Assembly: GCA_964645245.1 (NCBI GenBank) | Contig: CAZYBS010000005.1 | Location: 1 to 51,873, forward strand | Direction of reading: 5' to 3' | DNA: 51,873 nucleotides | DNA from: an uncultured Candidatus Saccharibacteria bacterium | GTDB lineage: Bacteria > Patescibacteriota > Minisyncoccia > Phycocordibacterales > UBA9973 | Part shown: positions 42,724 to 51,554 of the stretch, one piece after another | How positions within the stretch are numbered: position 1 is the first letter of the stretch | Layout: each line of letters opens with the position of its first letter | Notes under the pieces: model-generated | Database searches by the model: none | What the model was told of the DNA's origin: nothing | Seen by the model: only the letters and a program-made list of their open reading frames with translations | Position numbers and translations under genes: made by a program

Positions 42724-43691
42724 TGAAAAAAATTTTTAAAATCCTATCTCTCTTTGTCGTTCTTGGAGCAGTCTGGTACCAATATCAAGATGCTATTCGT
42801 GCTCGTCTTACGCCCTTTATAAATGAAGTTATTTCAGAGCTTGGCATCTTCAGCGCTCCCTGCCAGAATCCGATTACCTACACCCTCGGCACTTTTGATA
42901 CACAGTTCGGTATTTCACAAAAATATTTTTTGGATGCGCTTGACGAAGCTGAAAAAATATGGGAGAAGCCTTTTGGGAAAGAATTATTTGCTTACGAACT
43001 AGATAACAAAGGAAATGATATGTTGAAAATCAATCTTGTTTATGATTATCGCCAGCAGGCGACGAGCAAATTAGCAAGCCTCGGCATTGTGGTGAAAGAC
43101 AATCGGGTAACGTACGATACGCTTAAAATAAAATTAACGGAATTGAAAACAAAATTTGTGGCAGAAAAAAATGATTACGATGCGCAGGTGCAGAGTTTTA
43201 ATGAAAAACAAAAAGTCTACGAACAGCAAGTGGAATATTGGAATGCGCAGGGCGGAGCGCCTCAAAAAGAATATGATGAACTCCAGGCAGAAAAAATTTC
43301 GCTAGATAAAGAAGTGTCTCAACTGGAAACTTTGCAGGCAAAAGTGAATGAAATGGTAAGCGAAATAAATGCGCTGGTCGTCGTATTGAACCGTCTTGCA
43401 GGCACATTGAACATCTCGGTGGACAAATATAATACTATCGGCGCTTCGCGCGGGGAGTCTTTTGAAGAAGGGGTGTATTCTTCTGACGGATTAAACAGAG
43501 AAATAGATATTTATGAATTCAGCAATCGGGCCAAGCTCGTGCGGGTGCTAGCGCATGAGTTGGGCCATGCACTCGGTTTAGAGCATGTAAAGGACCCGAA
43601 AGCGATCATGTACGAACTAAACCAAGGCAATAACGAAACCCTCACAAAGGCTGACCTTGAAGTGCTGAAAATAAAATGCGAGGTTAACTAA
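42723..43691 (+). CDS. matrixin (M10) family metalloprotease with coiled-coil insert
   Basis: HELGHALGLEH and Met-turn AIM; central coiled coil. Confidence 0.9.
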   Translation: MKKIFKILSLFVVLGAVWYQYQDAIRARLTPFINEVISELGIFSAPCQNPITYTLGTFDTQFGISQKYFLDALDEAEKIWEKPFGKELFAYELDNKGNDMLKINLVYDYRQQATSKLASLGIVVKDNRVTYDTLKIKLTELKTKFVAEKNDYDAQVQSFNEKQKVYEQQVEYWNAQGGAPQKEYDELQAEKISLDKEVSQLETLQAKVNEMVSEINALVVVLNRLAGTLNISVDKYNTIGASRGESFEEGVYSSDGLNREIDIYEFSNRAKLVRVLAHELGHALGLEHVKDPKAIMYELNQGNNETLTKADLEVLKIKCEVN

Positions 43692-43711
43692 AGTATTGTA
43701 TACTCCTAGCT

Positions 43712-44257
43712 ATGGCATTACCAGATAGGGAAGAAGCGCATGGTCTTTTAGAGAAACATGTGAAAGATGAATATCAGAGATATCATGCGGGGATGGTGGC
43801 CGCCGCGATGGAAGGCTATGCGAAGATTTACAATGAAGAGAGCGACCTGTGGTATATAACCGGGTTGCTTCATGATATTGATTTTGAAGAACATCCGGAT
43901 GTTCATCCGAAAGAGTCTTTGGGTTGGTTTAGAGAGTGGGGCTATCCCACGGAGCTCATTCATGCGATAGAAGCTCATGCTTATGGGTATAATGGATTTA
44001 CTACACTCCCAGAGACCAAGCTCGCTGCGGCTTTGATGGCCTGTGACGAAGTTGCCGGAATTTTCTATGCTTACAGAAAGCTCAACCCCATCTCATACGG
44101 AGAAATGAAATTGAGCTCGATCAAAAAGAGGCTGGCCGAGAAAAGCTTCGCCGCCAAGATAGAACGGGAAACTATATATAGAGGGTGCGAGGCTTTGGGT
44201 GTAAGTATTGATGACCACATAACGAATCTAATTAAATTTTGGAGCGAGTCCCGTTAG
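43712..44257 (+). CDS. HD domain phosphohydrolase
   Basis: GLLHDIDFE, AIEAH, ACDE and KSFAA motifs. Confidence 0.9.
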   Translation: MALPDREEAHGLLEKHVKDEYQRYHAGMVAAAMEGYAKIYNEESDLWYITGLLHDIDFEEHPDVHPKESLGWFREWGYPTELIHAIEAHAYGYNGFTTLPETKLAAALMACDEVAGIFYAYRKLNPISYGEMKLSSIKKRLAEKSFAAKIERETIYRGCEALGVSIDDHITNLIKFWSESR

Positions 44258-44376
44258 AGATTTTAATATTAGCTACTTTACTCAACTAAAGTACTTTATT
44301 AAACTAAAGTAGAGGGGTAGGAAAGATAGTAGAGGGTAAGAGGAGGAAAGAGGAAAGGGTATGATAAACTGGACAG

Positions 44377-44592
44377 GTGCAATACATCCATGTGAAAGTT
44401 CAAGCCGGAGCGAGGAGAGAGTCTTTTCGCAAGAATTCTCCGGACCATTTTGAAATTTCCGTCCGCCAAAAACCCGAGCGGAATATGGCCAATGCTCGCG
44501 TTTTAGAACTCATAGCGAGGTATTTCCAAGTGCCTGTAAGTAAAGTCAGGATTGTGAGCGGGCACAGGAGCTCGAGCAAATTGCTTGTATGA
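44377..44592 (+). CDS. DUF167 (YggU-like) protein
   Basis: VKV..GAR, P.RN.AN and IVSGH.S..K motifs. Confidence 0.85.
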   Translation: MQYIHVKVQAGARRESFRKNSPDHFEISVRQKPERNMANARVLELIARYFQVPVSKVRIVSGHRSSSKLLV

Positions 44593-44696
44593 GTAAAATC
44601 CGATCGAGTCCCTATGATACCTTAAGATAACCTAAACAGGGGGTTATCCCCAGCTTAATGTTGACTTTTGACCATATAGTCGGGTATCATAAATAT

Positions 44697-45332
44697 GTGG
44701 AAAACTCAATTACTACAAGGCAAAAAGAACTTTTGGGTGTTATATATGACTTTATAAAAAATTCAGGGTATCCGCCTAGTTTTGAAGAAATGCGTGAAAA
44801 TCTTGGCGTTTCCTCCAATCAGTCTATCATTGATCTTCTGGATAAACTTACAAAAGCCAAGATGCTAAAAAAGGATTCTGGCGCCAGAAGTCTTTCAATT
44901 ATGCCTCTGGGCTATCAAATACTTGATAGAGAAACACTTATACCTGCACTAGGAAATACAACTGCTGGTATGCCGGTAGAAGTAATAGAAACTCTAGGTA
45001 ATTGGCAAACACTTTCACCAAATGTTGCCCAACTTCAATCAGACATTTTCCTTTTAAAAATTATGGGGGATTCTATGATCAATGCGGGCATTGATGATGG
45101 TGACGTGGTTCTTGTCCAAAAAGCAAAAGAATTTTCCTCCGGCGACATTGTGCTTGCTTATGATAGTGGCGAAGCAACTGTCAAGCGTTTTGTTTCTGAG
45201 GATAAACCGCCATATGTATATTTAAAACCGGAGAATCCAAAATATGAGAATATTCTTTTTACAGACGAGATGCGACTAGATGGAAAAATATTGTCAGTGT
45301 TAAATAAAGGCGACTGGCGACCAGTAAAATAG
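44697..45332 (+). CDS. lexA: LexA-family repressor (GTG 44697 preferred over ATG 44658)
   Basis: T.RQKELL..GYPPS..E wHTH, AG cleavage site, GDSM Ser and TVKR Lys; TTGACT-18 nt-TATCAT promoter at 44661-44690. Confidence 0.9.
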   Translation: MENSITTRQKELLGVIYDFIKNSGYPPSFEEMRENLGVSSNQSIIDLLDKLTKAKMLKKDSGARSLSIMPLGYQILDRETLIPALGNTTAGMPVEVIETLGNWQTLSPNVAQLQSDIFLLKIMGDSMINAGIDDGDVVLVQKAKEFSSGDIVLAYDSGEATVKRFVSEDKPPYVYLKPENPKYENILFTDEMRLDGKILSVLNKGDWRPVK

Positions 45333-45333
45333 T

Positions 45334-47283
45334 ATGCCAACAAAAAAACCAAATAAAATTGAAGAAATTATAGGGAAAATTTTCAAAGACGGGGAACTTG
45401 CTTTTGGCTTGCGGGAATTTGACAATATTGATATTTTAAAGGTTCTTGAAATTACAGAGGAAGAAAAAGGCCGCTACTATTTGAAAGATTTAAAATCTGG
45501 TAAAACTCGTTTTGTCTATGATGAGAAAAAAGAAACTGGAAAGCCGGAAGAGATTGTTCGCCAGCTTTGGCTTTACAAACTAAACAAACATTATAAATAT
45601 CCTATGGACCGCCTAGAGACGGAAAAAAGTATTCACTTTGGACGCGAAGTTCACGGTAAGGCAGTCGATATCGTTGTTTACAAAACAGATAAAGTTACCC
45701 CTTATATTTTAGTTGAGGTAAAAGCCCCGACAGAAAGTAAAGGCATAGAACAAATGAAAGGATATTTAAATGCGGAGGGTGCAGAAATAGGCGTGTGGGG
45801 CAATGGCATAAAACGCGTCATTTTATATAGATTTTACCCAAAAGAATTTAACGACACACTTCCGGATCTTCCGAAAGCAGATCAGACCATTGATGACCTT
45901 TTAGAAGCAAAGAAAACATACTTTGACCACACAACTACAAAGGTAAATCTCAAAGAGACCATTGATTCCATGCAAGAACTTGTTCTTGCTAATGCGGGCG
46001 TCGATGTTTTTACTGAAGTTTTTAAATTAATTTACGCCAAACTTTACGATGAAGAAGAAGCAAAGCTCGCTCGTGCCGACAAAGAGGTTTTATTTAGAAA
46101 ATACAAAGACCCGACAAAAACTTACAGCGTTATCAACGATCTTTTTAAAAAAGCGATCAGACGCTGGCCGGGCACGTTCTTAGAGCAGGAGAACATCAGT
46201 CTTTCTCCGAACCACCTTTCGATTGTTGTCGGCGAACTTGAAACCACACGTCTTTTTGGTTCTGATCTTTCCATTATTGATGAAGCATTTGAATATCTTA
46301 TTCCGGAAGTTGCCAAAGGTAAAAAAGGGCAGTATTTTACCCCGCGCCATGTCATAAGTATGGCGGTCAAAATGCTTGACCCAAAGCGTGATGAATACAT
46401 TCTTGATCCCGCCGCCGGCTCTGGGGGTTTTTTGATTAGCGCGATGTATCATATGAAAAGTCATTACCTGAACGACTCTGAAGACGCGATGCGCGAGTAT
46501 GCCAAAGAGCACATCTGGGGTATTGATTTTGCGGATGAAATTTCAAAAGTGTCGCGAGCACTTATGCTAATAGCTGGTGATGGAAGGTCGCACATGTTTA
46601 AATTAAATTCCCTTGATCCACGTGAGTGGAAAGGCGAAGAACAAAATCTTCTTCATGCACGTTCTGAACTTCAAAAACATCTTTTAAAATTTGATAACTC
46701 TTCCGATAACGAAGAAAATAAAAATACATTTCACTATATGGATTTTGATATTCTCTTAACTAATCCGCCATTTGCGGGGGAAATAAAAGACCAAGGACTT
46801 CTGCGTCAGTATTTTTTTGGAAAGAAAAAAGGAAAACTTGTAAACAAAGCTGAACGGCATATCCTTTTTATTGAGCGTACTTTGGACATGATTCGTCCGG
46901 GAGGCAGAATGGCAATAGTACTTCCACAAGGGGTTTTAAATAATACCAACATGCAGTATGTCCGAGAATATCTTTTTGATAAAGCGCGAATTCTTGCTGT
47001 TGTGGGACTTCACGGAAATACTTTCAAACCACATACTGGTACAAAGACAAGTGTACTGTTTTTGCAGAAATGGGAGGGTAAGCCCTTAAAAGATTATCCA
47101 ATTTTTATGGCTGTTTCAAAAAAGGGAGGGAAAGATAATTCCGGAGATTATATTTACAAAAAAGATGTAAATGGAAACTATGTTCACGACGCCAGGGGTC
47201 GAAAAGTGCTTGACCATGATTTAGACGAAATCGCGGAGGGGTTCATAAAGTTCGCGAAAGAACAGAAATTAAAATTTATATGA
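45334..47283 (+). CDS. N6-adenine DNA methyltransferase with an N-terminal HsdR_N-like PD-(D/E)xK domain
   Basis: PEEIVRQ, VDIVV..VEVK, GQYFTPR, LDPAAGSGGF and TNPPF motifs. Confidence 0.93.
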   Translation: MPTKKPNKIEEIIGKIFKDGELAFGLREFDNIDILKVLEITEEEKGRYYLKDLKSGKTRFVYDEKKETGKPEEIVRQLWLYKLNKHYKYPMDRLETEKSIHFGREVHGKAVDIVVYKTDKVTPYILVEVKAPTESKGIEQMKGYLNAEGAEIGVWGNGIKRVILYRFYPKEFNDTLPDLPKADQTIDDLLEAKKTYFDHTTTKVNLKETIDSMQELVLANAGVDVFTEVFKLIYAKLYDEEEAKLARADKEVLFRKYKDPTKTYSVINDLFKKAIRRWPGTFLEQENISLSPNHLSIVVGELETTRLFGSDLSIIDEAFEYLIPEVAKGKKGQYFTPRHVISMAVKMLDPKRDEYILDPAAGSGGFLISAMYHMKSHYLNDSEDAMREYAKEHIWGIDFADEISKVSRALMLIAGDGRSHMFKLNSLDPREWKGEEQNLLHARSELQKHLLKFDNSSDNEENKNTFHYMDFDILLTNPPFAGEIKDQGLLRQYFFGKKKGKLVNKAERHILFIERTLDMIRPGGRMAIVLPQGVLNNTNMQYVREYLFDKARILAVVGLHGNTFKPHTGTKTSVLFLQKWEGKPLKDYPIFMAVSKKGGKDNSGDYIYKKDVNGNYVHDARGRKVLDHDLDEIAEGFIKFAKEQKLKFI

Positions 47284-48137
47284 GTAAAAAAGTTGTCGAA
47301 AAAGAATTCAAAGACACAGTTTTTAAGCAAGGATTTTCTCTTGAGCAAAATGTTTTTCGGATTCTTGAAAAAGACGGCTGGAGAATTCACCCAAATAGAA
47401 ATTTCTTTGATTCTACTAATAATGTAACTCGCGAATTTGATTTACTAGCGTATAGATCAAAAACGCAGGCACACACAACAGTATTTACTGTTTTGATTAT
47501 TGAATGCAAATTTAACCCGCATAGAATTGTTTTTTATACTCGACAGGCAAATAAGTCAGATGAGGCACTTTGCTTACCACAATTTTATACCGGCGACTTT
47601 ATTCAAAATATCTTTTCTTCTGAAAAAGCGCGGGAATTTTGGCTGAACATAAAAAGATATAAAAATCTTTTCTTAAACACAGAGCAAGTTTTTGGTTATC
47701 AGATGTTTGAGGAAACCCCTCAAAAGCAAGCCAAAAATGGCGGGAACGATAAGAAAGTCACATTCAAAGCACGGCAAGAGTTAACAGAAAAGATGGTTTT
47801 TGGAGCTCTTAATACTACTATGCAAGCAACTTTATATGAACAAAAAATTAGAGATAAGGTTAAAAATGCCGGAAATATAATAATATTCTTTCCTGTGGTT
47901 ATATTTTCAGACAATTTATATAAAGCGAGTTTAGAGGATAGAAAAATATTAAAGAGACAAGAAACTTTTCTCTACCGTAGTGGTATGACTTTTAGTGATA
48001 GCGCATCCCCTGATGAGTTTAATATATACATAAGCAGTGTCGCCTATCTCTCAACCCTATTAAAAGCCTTTAATTATAGCCACAAAAACTTTTCAACCTT
48101 CTTTTTTAAAAATATTAAAGAACTAAAAAGAAAATGA
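47280..48137 (+). CDS. putative PD-(D/E)xK nuclease
   Basis: GFSLE..V..L, REFDLLA and IIECK motifs; ATGA overlaps at both ends. Confidence 0.75.
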   Translation: MSKKVVEKEFKDTVFKQGFSLEQNVFRILEKDGWRIHPNRNFFDSTNNVTREFDLLAYRSKTQAHTTVFTVLIIECKFNPHRIVFYTRQANKSDEALCLPQFYTGDFIQNIFSSEKAREFWLNIKRYKNLFLNTEQVFGYQMFEETPQKQAKNGGNDKKVTFKARQELTEKMVFGALNTTMQATLYEQKIRDKVKNAGNIIIFFPVVIFSDNLYKASLEDRKILKRQETFLYRSGMTFSDSASPDEFNIYISSVAYLSTLLKAFNYSHKNFSTFFFKNIKELKRK

Positions 48138-49474
48138 TTACTTATTCCATAATCAAAAAATCACAACTTGAAGAAGCTTTGCGACTTGATGCTGAATACT
48201 ATCAGCCAGAGTATTTAGGTTATAACAAAAAACTTCTATCTATTGCTCATGTGAAGCTTGGAGAAATTGCTTTTGTTACAGATGGTGAACACGGCTCACC
48301 AATTTTTGATGAAAACAGTGGTATTAAATATTTTTCCGCGCAACATCCACAAGATGGTTTTATAGATTCAGAAGCAAAAATGATTTCCAAAATCATTGAT
48401 ATAAAAAATAGACGTTCTAGTTTAAAAGTCGGGGATGTTCTTCTTTCTACGGTGGGGACCATTGGAAACGCTGGCATAGTTACAAAAGATTTATTACCAG
48501 CAAATATTGATAGACACGTAGCACGAATCGCTTTAAATAAGAGAACTATTAACCCTGAATTTTTAATTGCTTTTTTAATATCAAAATTTGGTAAGTTTCA
48601 ATCAATAAGAGAATCAACAGGGAATGTCCAATTGAATTTATTTATTGATAAGATAAAAGATCTTATTATCCCAAGTATTGAAGATATAAATGTAACCAAG
48701 TTAATGCAACAATCTCTATCGGAAAGAGAAAAATCGAAATCTTTATATCTTCAAGTAGAAAATTTACTTTTAGATGAATTGGGGTTGAAAGATTTTGATG
48801 AAAAAGCTGGATTATGGAGTATTGTAAATTTATCTGAAACAGAGAAAGTGTACCGTATTGATGCCGAATATTTTCAACCGAAATATGAGAAACTGATTTT
48901 AAAAATAAAAAGCAAAAAACCGGAAAAGTTGGAAAATTTTATAAAAAATCATTCAACAGGGTTTCCGTTTCAGAGCGAAAATTATCAAGAGACAGGTATA
49001 CCTTTGATCAGGATCAATAATATTCGAAAGGGATATTTAGATTTAAGCAATTCTGCTTATCTGACGGAAAAAGACTATTTATTATCTCCAAAAGATGTGG
49101 CGAAGCCTAGAGATATAATTTTATCCATGTCTGGCTCAATAGGCATGACAGCTTTAGTTCCAAAAGACATACCTAAAAGTGCTATAAACCAACGTATACT
49201 AAGGATGATCACACAAAACATTGAAAAAGATTATTTGGTGCTTTTATTGAATTCGATAGTAGGTTCGTACCAATTAGAAAGAATCGGAACCGGTGGTTTA
49301 CAGACAAATATTTCTTATAAAGATATTAAGAAGATTTTAATTCCAGTTTTACCTAAACCAATTCAAGAAAAAATTTCAAAGTTGGTACAAAAATCGTATA
49401 TAGCCAGAAAAAGATCCAAAGAACTTTTGGAAGAAGCAAAACATAAAATTGAGGAATTGATAGAAAATAGTTAA
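48134..49474 (+). CDS. HsdS-like specificity subunit with two TRDs
   Basis: Duplicated RLDAEYYQP/RIDAEYFQP, GDVLLS..GTIG and DIILS..GSIG motifs. Confidence 0.9.
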   Translation: MITYSIIKKSQLEEALRLDAEYYQPEYLGYNKKLLSIAHVKLGEIAFVTDGEHGSPIFDENSGIKYFSAQHPQDGFIDSEAKMISKIIDIKNRRSSLKVGDVLLSTVGTIGNAGIVTKDLLPANIDRHVARIALNKRTINPEFLIAFLISKFGKFQSIRESTGNVQLNLFIDKIKDLIIPSIEDINVTKLMQQSLSEREKSKSLYLQVENLLLDELGLKDFDEKAGLWSIVNLSETEKVYRIDAEYFQPKYEKLILKIKSKKPEKLENFIKNHSTGFPFQSENYQETGIPLIRINNIRKGYLDLSNSAYLTEKDYLLSPKDVAKPRDIILSMSGSIGMTALVPKDIPKSAINQRILRMITQNIEKDYLVLLLNSIVGSYQLERIGTGGLQTNISYKDIKKILIPVLPKPIQEKISKLVQKSYIARKRSKELLEEAKHKIEELIENS

Positions 49475-49535
49475 GGATAATTTGTACATATGTCCATACG
49501 TATTAATATACGTATACCCACCACAATCCCAAAAA

Positions 49536-49645
49536 ATGAAAAAAGCCAAAAAGAGGTTTAAATTCAAAAGCAAGGTCGTAGTCTGGCGATTGGGTTATCA
49601 CAAAGGAGATGATGCTGGGGTGTGGAGATTCGCGCGGGTGCCGGG
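49536..49645 (+). pseudogene. 5' fragment of a DUF1905-like gene
   Basis: MKKAKKRFKFKSKVVVW...GVWRFARVP, after which the frame runs into the next gene's promoter. Confidence 0.45.
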
Positions 49646-49664
49646 ACTTATCCCCATATATAAC

Positions 49665-50019
49665 ATTCTGGTATTCTCAAGAATGTCAGAATGTTGTATA
49701 ATAGGAGTATGAAAACAGGTAAAACAAAAACAGCCAGACAACTGGAGCGACATTTTAAAGGGGTAGCCAATCATCGGCGCATTGCGATATTGCTTTTAGT
49801 GGTAAAAAACCCGGGAATTTCAGTAGAAGGTATCTCGGAGAGTTTAAATTGTAACTTTAAAACAATTTCCGAACATACCAGGCGCCTAGTGCAAGCGGGG
49901 CTGCTGAATAAAAATTACAAAGGTACAACGGTGGAACACCGAGTTTCACCCTACGGTAAAATTTTTTGCGATTTTATCCACAAGTTTTAATATTCTAATA
50001 TTCTCAAGAATACCAGAAT
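49665..50019. repeat. paired 28-bp palindromes bracketing the wHTH gene (49665-49692 and 49992-50019)
   Basis: ATTCTGGTATTC-tcaa-GAATGTCAGAAT and ATTCTAATATTC-tcaa-GAATACCAGAAT. Confidence 0.8.
49709..49990 (+). CDS. ArsR-like winged-helix regulator (ATG 49709 preferred)
   Basis: FKGVANHRRIAIL and TISEH.RRL..AGL motifs; TATAAT 6 nt before the ATG. Confidence 0.88.
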   Translation: MKTGKTKTARQLERHFKGVANHRRIAILLLVVKNPGISVEGISESLNCNFKTISEHTRRLVQAGLLNKNYKGTTVEHRVSPYGKIFCDFIHKF

Positions 50020-50028
50020 ATCGACAAT

Positions 50029-50097
50029 ATGAAAAAGAATTTTAAAATACAAGCGAGAGTTTGGCGGCGGTCGGGAGAGGACGGGTAGTGTTTTGTA
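50029..50097 (+). pseudogene. second DUF1905-like 5' fragment with an in-frame stop
   Basis: MKKNFKIQARVWRRSGEDG*CFV, with TAG where the W of G-W-x-F is expected. Confidence 0.5.
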
Positions 50098-50141
50098 TGC
50101 TATAATATTGTCTGATTATTAGTTTTACTAAAAATAATTTT

Positions 50142-50318
50142 ATGGCAAAAAATAAACCATACAAAGATAGTGCCAGAAAGGGGGAAGTTAAGAAAAGAGT
50201 GCAAGCTTATAATCCCAAGAATAAAAGGTGGATAGAAATAGATACCGCTACGCATGCGTTTGTAAATCAAAAAGCGGATAGATATAAGCCATTTAAGGGA
50301 GTACGTAAACATAAATAG
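50142..50318 (+). CDS. 58-aa basic protein MAKNKPYKDSARKGEVKKRVQAYNPKNKRW...PFKGVRKHK (absent from the ORF track)
   Basis: Open frame checked by hand; TGcTATAAT upstream; resembles a small conserved family with NPK..RW and KPFKGVRK motifs. Confidence 0.75.
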   Translation: MAKNKPYKDSARKGEVKKRVQAYNPKNKRWIEIDTATHAFVNQKADRYKPFKGVRKHK

Positions 50319-50369
50319 TAAAATAATGCTATACTAATGTCATATTAATAATTTAACCAAAAGTAATTT

Positions 50370-50555
50370 ATGGCAGAATTAAAGGCTTTGTGTATGAAGT
50401 GTCGAGATGCGAACAGAAAACCGACTATGCAGACGATGACGAATGTGAAGGTGGAGGAGAAAAATGGCAGATATTTTGCTAAGGGTACTTGTGCTAAATG
50501 TGGAGGCAATCAGTTCAAGTTTCTATCAAAAAATGACGCAGAGAAGATGAAGTAG
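50370..50555 (+). CDS. small zinc-ribbon protein (DUF5679-like)
   Basis: CMKC...KGTCAKCG. Confidence 0.82.
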   Translation: MAELKALCMKCRDANRKPTMQTMTNVKVEEKNGRYFAKGTCAKCGGNQFKFLSKNDAEKMK

Positions 50556-50587
50556 GTATTTTTGTTCGGAGATGATATATTCTCTTT

Positions 50588-51417
50588 ATGAGACTCGAAA
50601 GACTTGAAAGACTCAAAGCTGATACCACTGAATCACCTCTATTTCAAGGGGAACACTGGACCTTACCGGCGGATATTAGATTGATTGGTTTAGCAGAGAT
50701 AGTTTTCACAAGGAGATTAAGAAAAGCCGGCTGGAGAAGAAATCTTGGTGAAGGTGAATTTTATAAACTGAAACTCGCATTTCGCGAAGCCCTGATTAAT
50801 GCCATTGTTCATGGAAATAAGGAAAATCCCGATAAAAAAGTAGATGTAATGCTTGAAATAAATGAGGACAGGATTTTTATAAAAATCCGTGACGAAGGCG
50901 ATGGTTTCAAGCCCGAAGAAGTTCCGAACCCGATAGCTACTAGAGAAAATATACTTAAACCAAGCGGCAGGGGTTATATCTCATGAGAGAAATCTTTGAC
51001 TCAGTGACTTACAACGAAAAGGGGAATGAAGTGACAATGGTAAGAGAAAAGAAAAATAGTTACGAGCAGTATCGAAAGGCGGGTGGCATTATTAACGAAA
51101 AAGATTATGTAAGTGCGCTTCTGCGCGCAAAAGGTATAAAGATGATAGATAAATCCCAGGTTGCACAGGCAGAGCTCATGGCGCGAGTAGCGGGCATTGA
51201 ACTAGAAGATTCCACAGCAGAGCTCGATCCGCGCGTAGCGCTCTATGCAGTATTGCGAGGGAATACCAATCTTCTCAATTCCACCCCCGAGGAACAATAC
51301 CTTCGTGATCGGGATCAGCTCTTATTTGCAGAAGTACTTCGAATGCTAGGAGATATCGAATCGCTAAAAAAATTCACCGCATATTTTTCCCGACAGATGA
51401 TAGAAACTGAAAAATGA
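50588..51417 (+). pseudogene. RsbW-like anti-sigma/HATPase gene split by a 1-nt frameshift near 50973
   Basis: EALINAI.HGN, IRDEGDGF and GRG in ORF 50588..50986; the domain end MREIFDSVTYNEKGNEV lies in ORF 50983..51417. Confidence 0.8.
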
Positions 51418-51454
51418 TATAATTAAATTATTATAAACTAAAAGAAGCAAATTT

Positions 51455-51514
51455 ATGGCAAAAGGCGACGGACACAGAAAAGAGAAAAAGAAACCAAAGA
51501 AAGCTAAAAAATAG
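51455..51514 (+). CDS. 19-aa Lys-rich peptide MAKGDGHRKEKKKPKKAKK
   Basis: Own extended -10 (TGaTATAAT, 51415-51423), A-rich leader and own terminator. Confidence 0.55.
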   Translation: MAKGDGHRKEKKKPKKAKK

Positions 51515-51518
51515 CAAC

Positions 51519-51554
51519 ACACAAAAAGCCCCCATTTAGGGGCTTTTTGTGTGC
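51519..51554. terminator. intrinsic terminator
   Basis: ACACAAAAAGCCCC-cattta-GGGGCTTTTTGTGT. Confidence 0.85.

Noticed and set aside
45334-49474. Complete classical type I RM system or hsdS shufflon
   Set aside because: No HsdR helicase, no invertase and no silent TRD copies in the window.
49482-49712. 76-aa ORF as an intact gene
   Set aside because: Only the middle resembles a protein N-terminus; the rest reads through palindromes and a promoter, so it is treated as a fragment.
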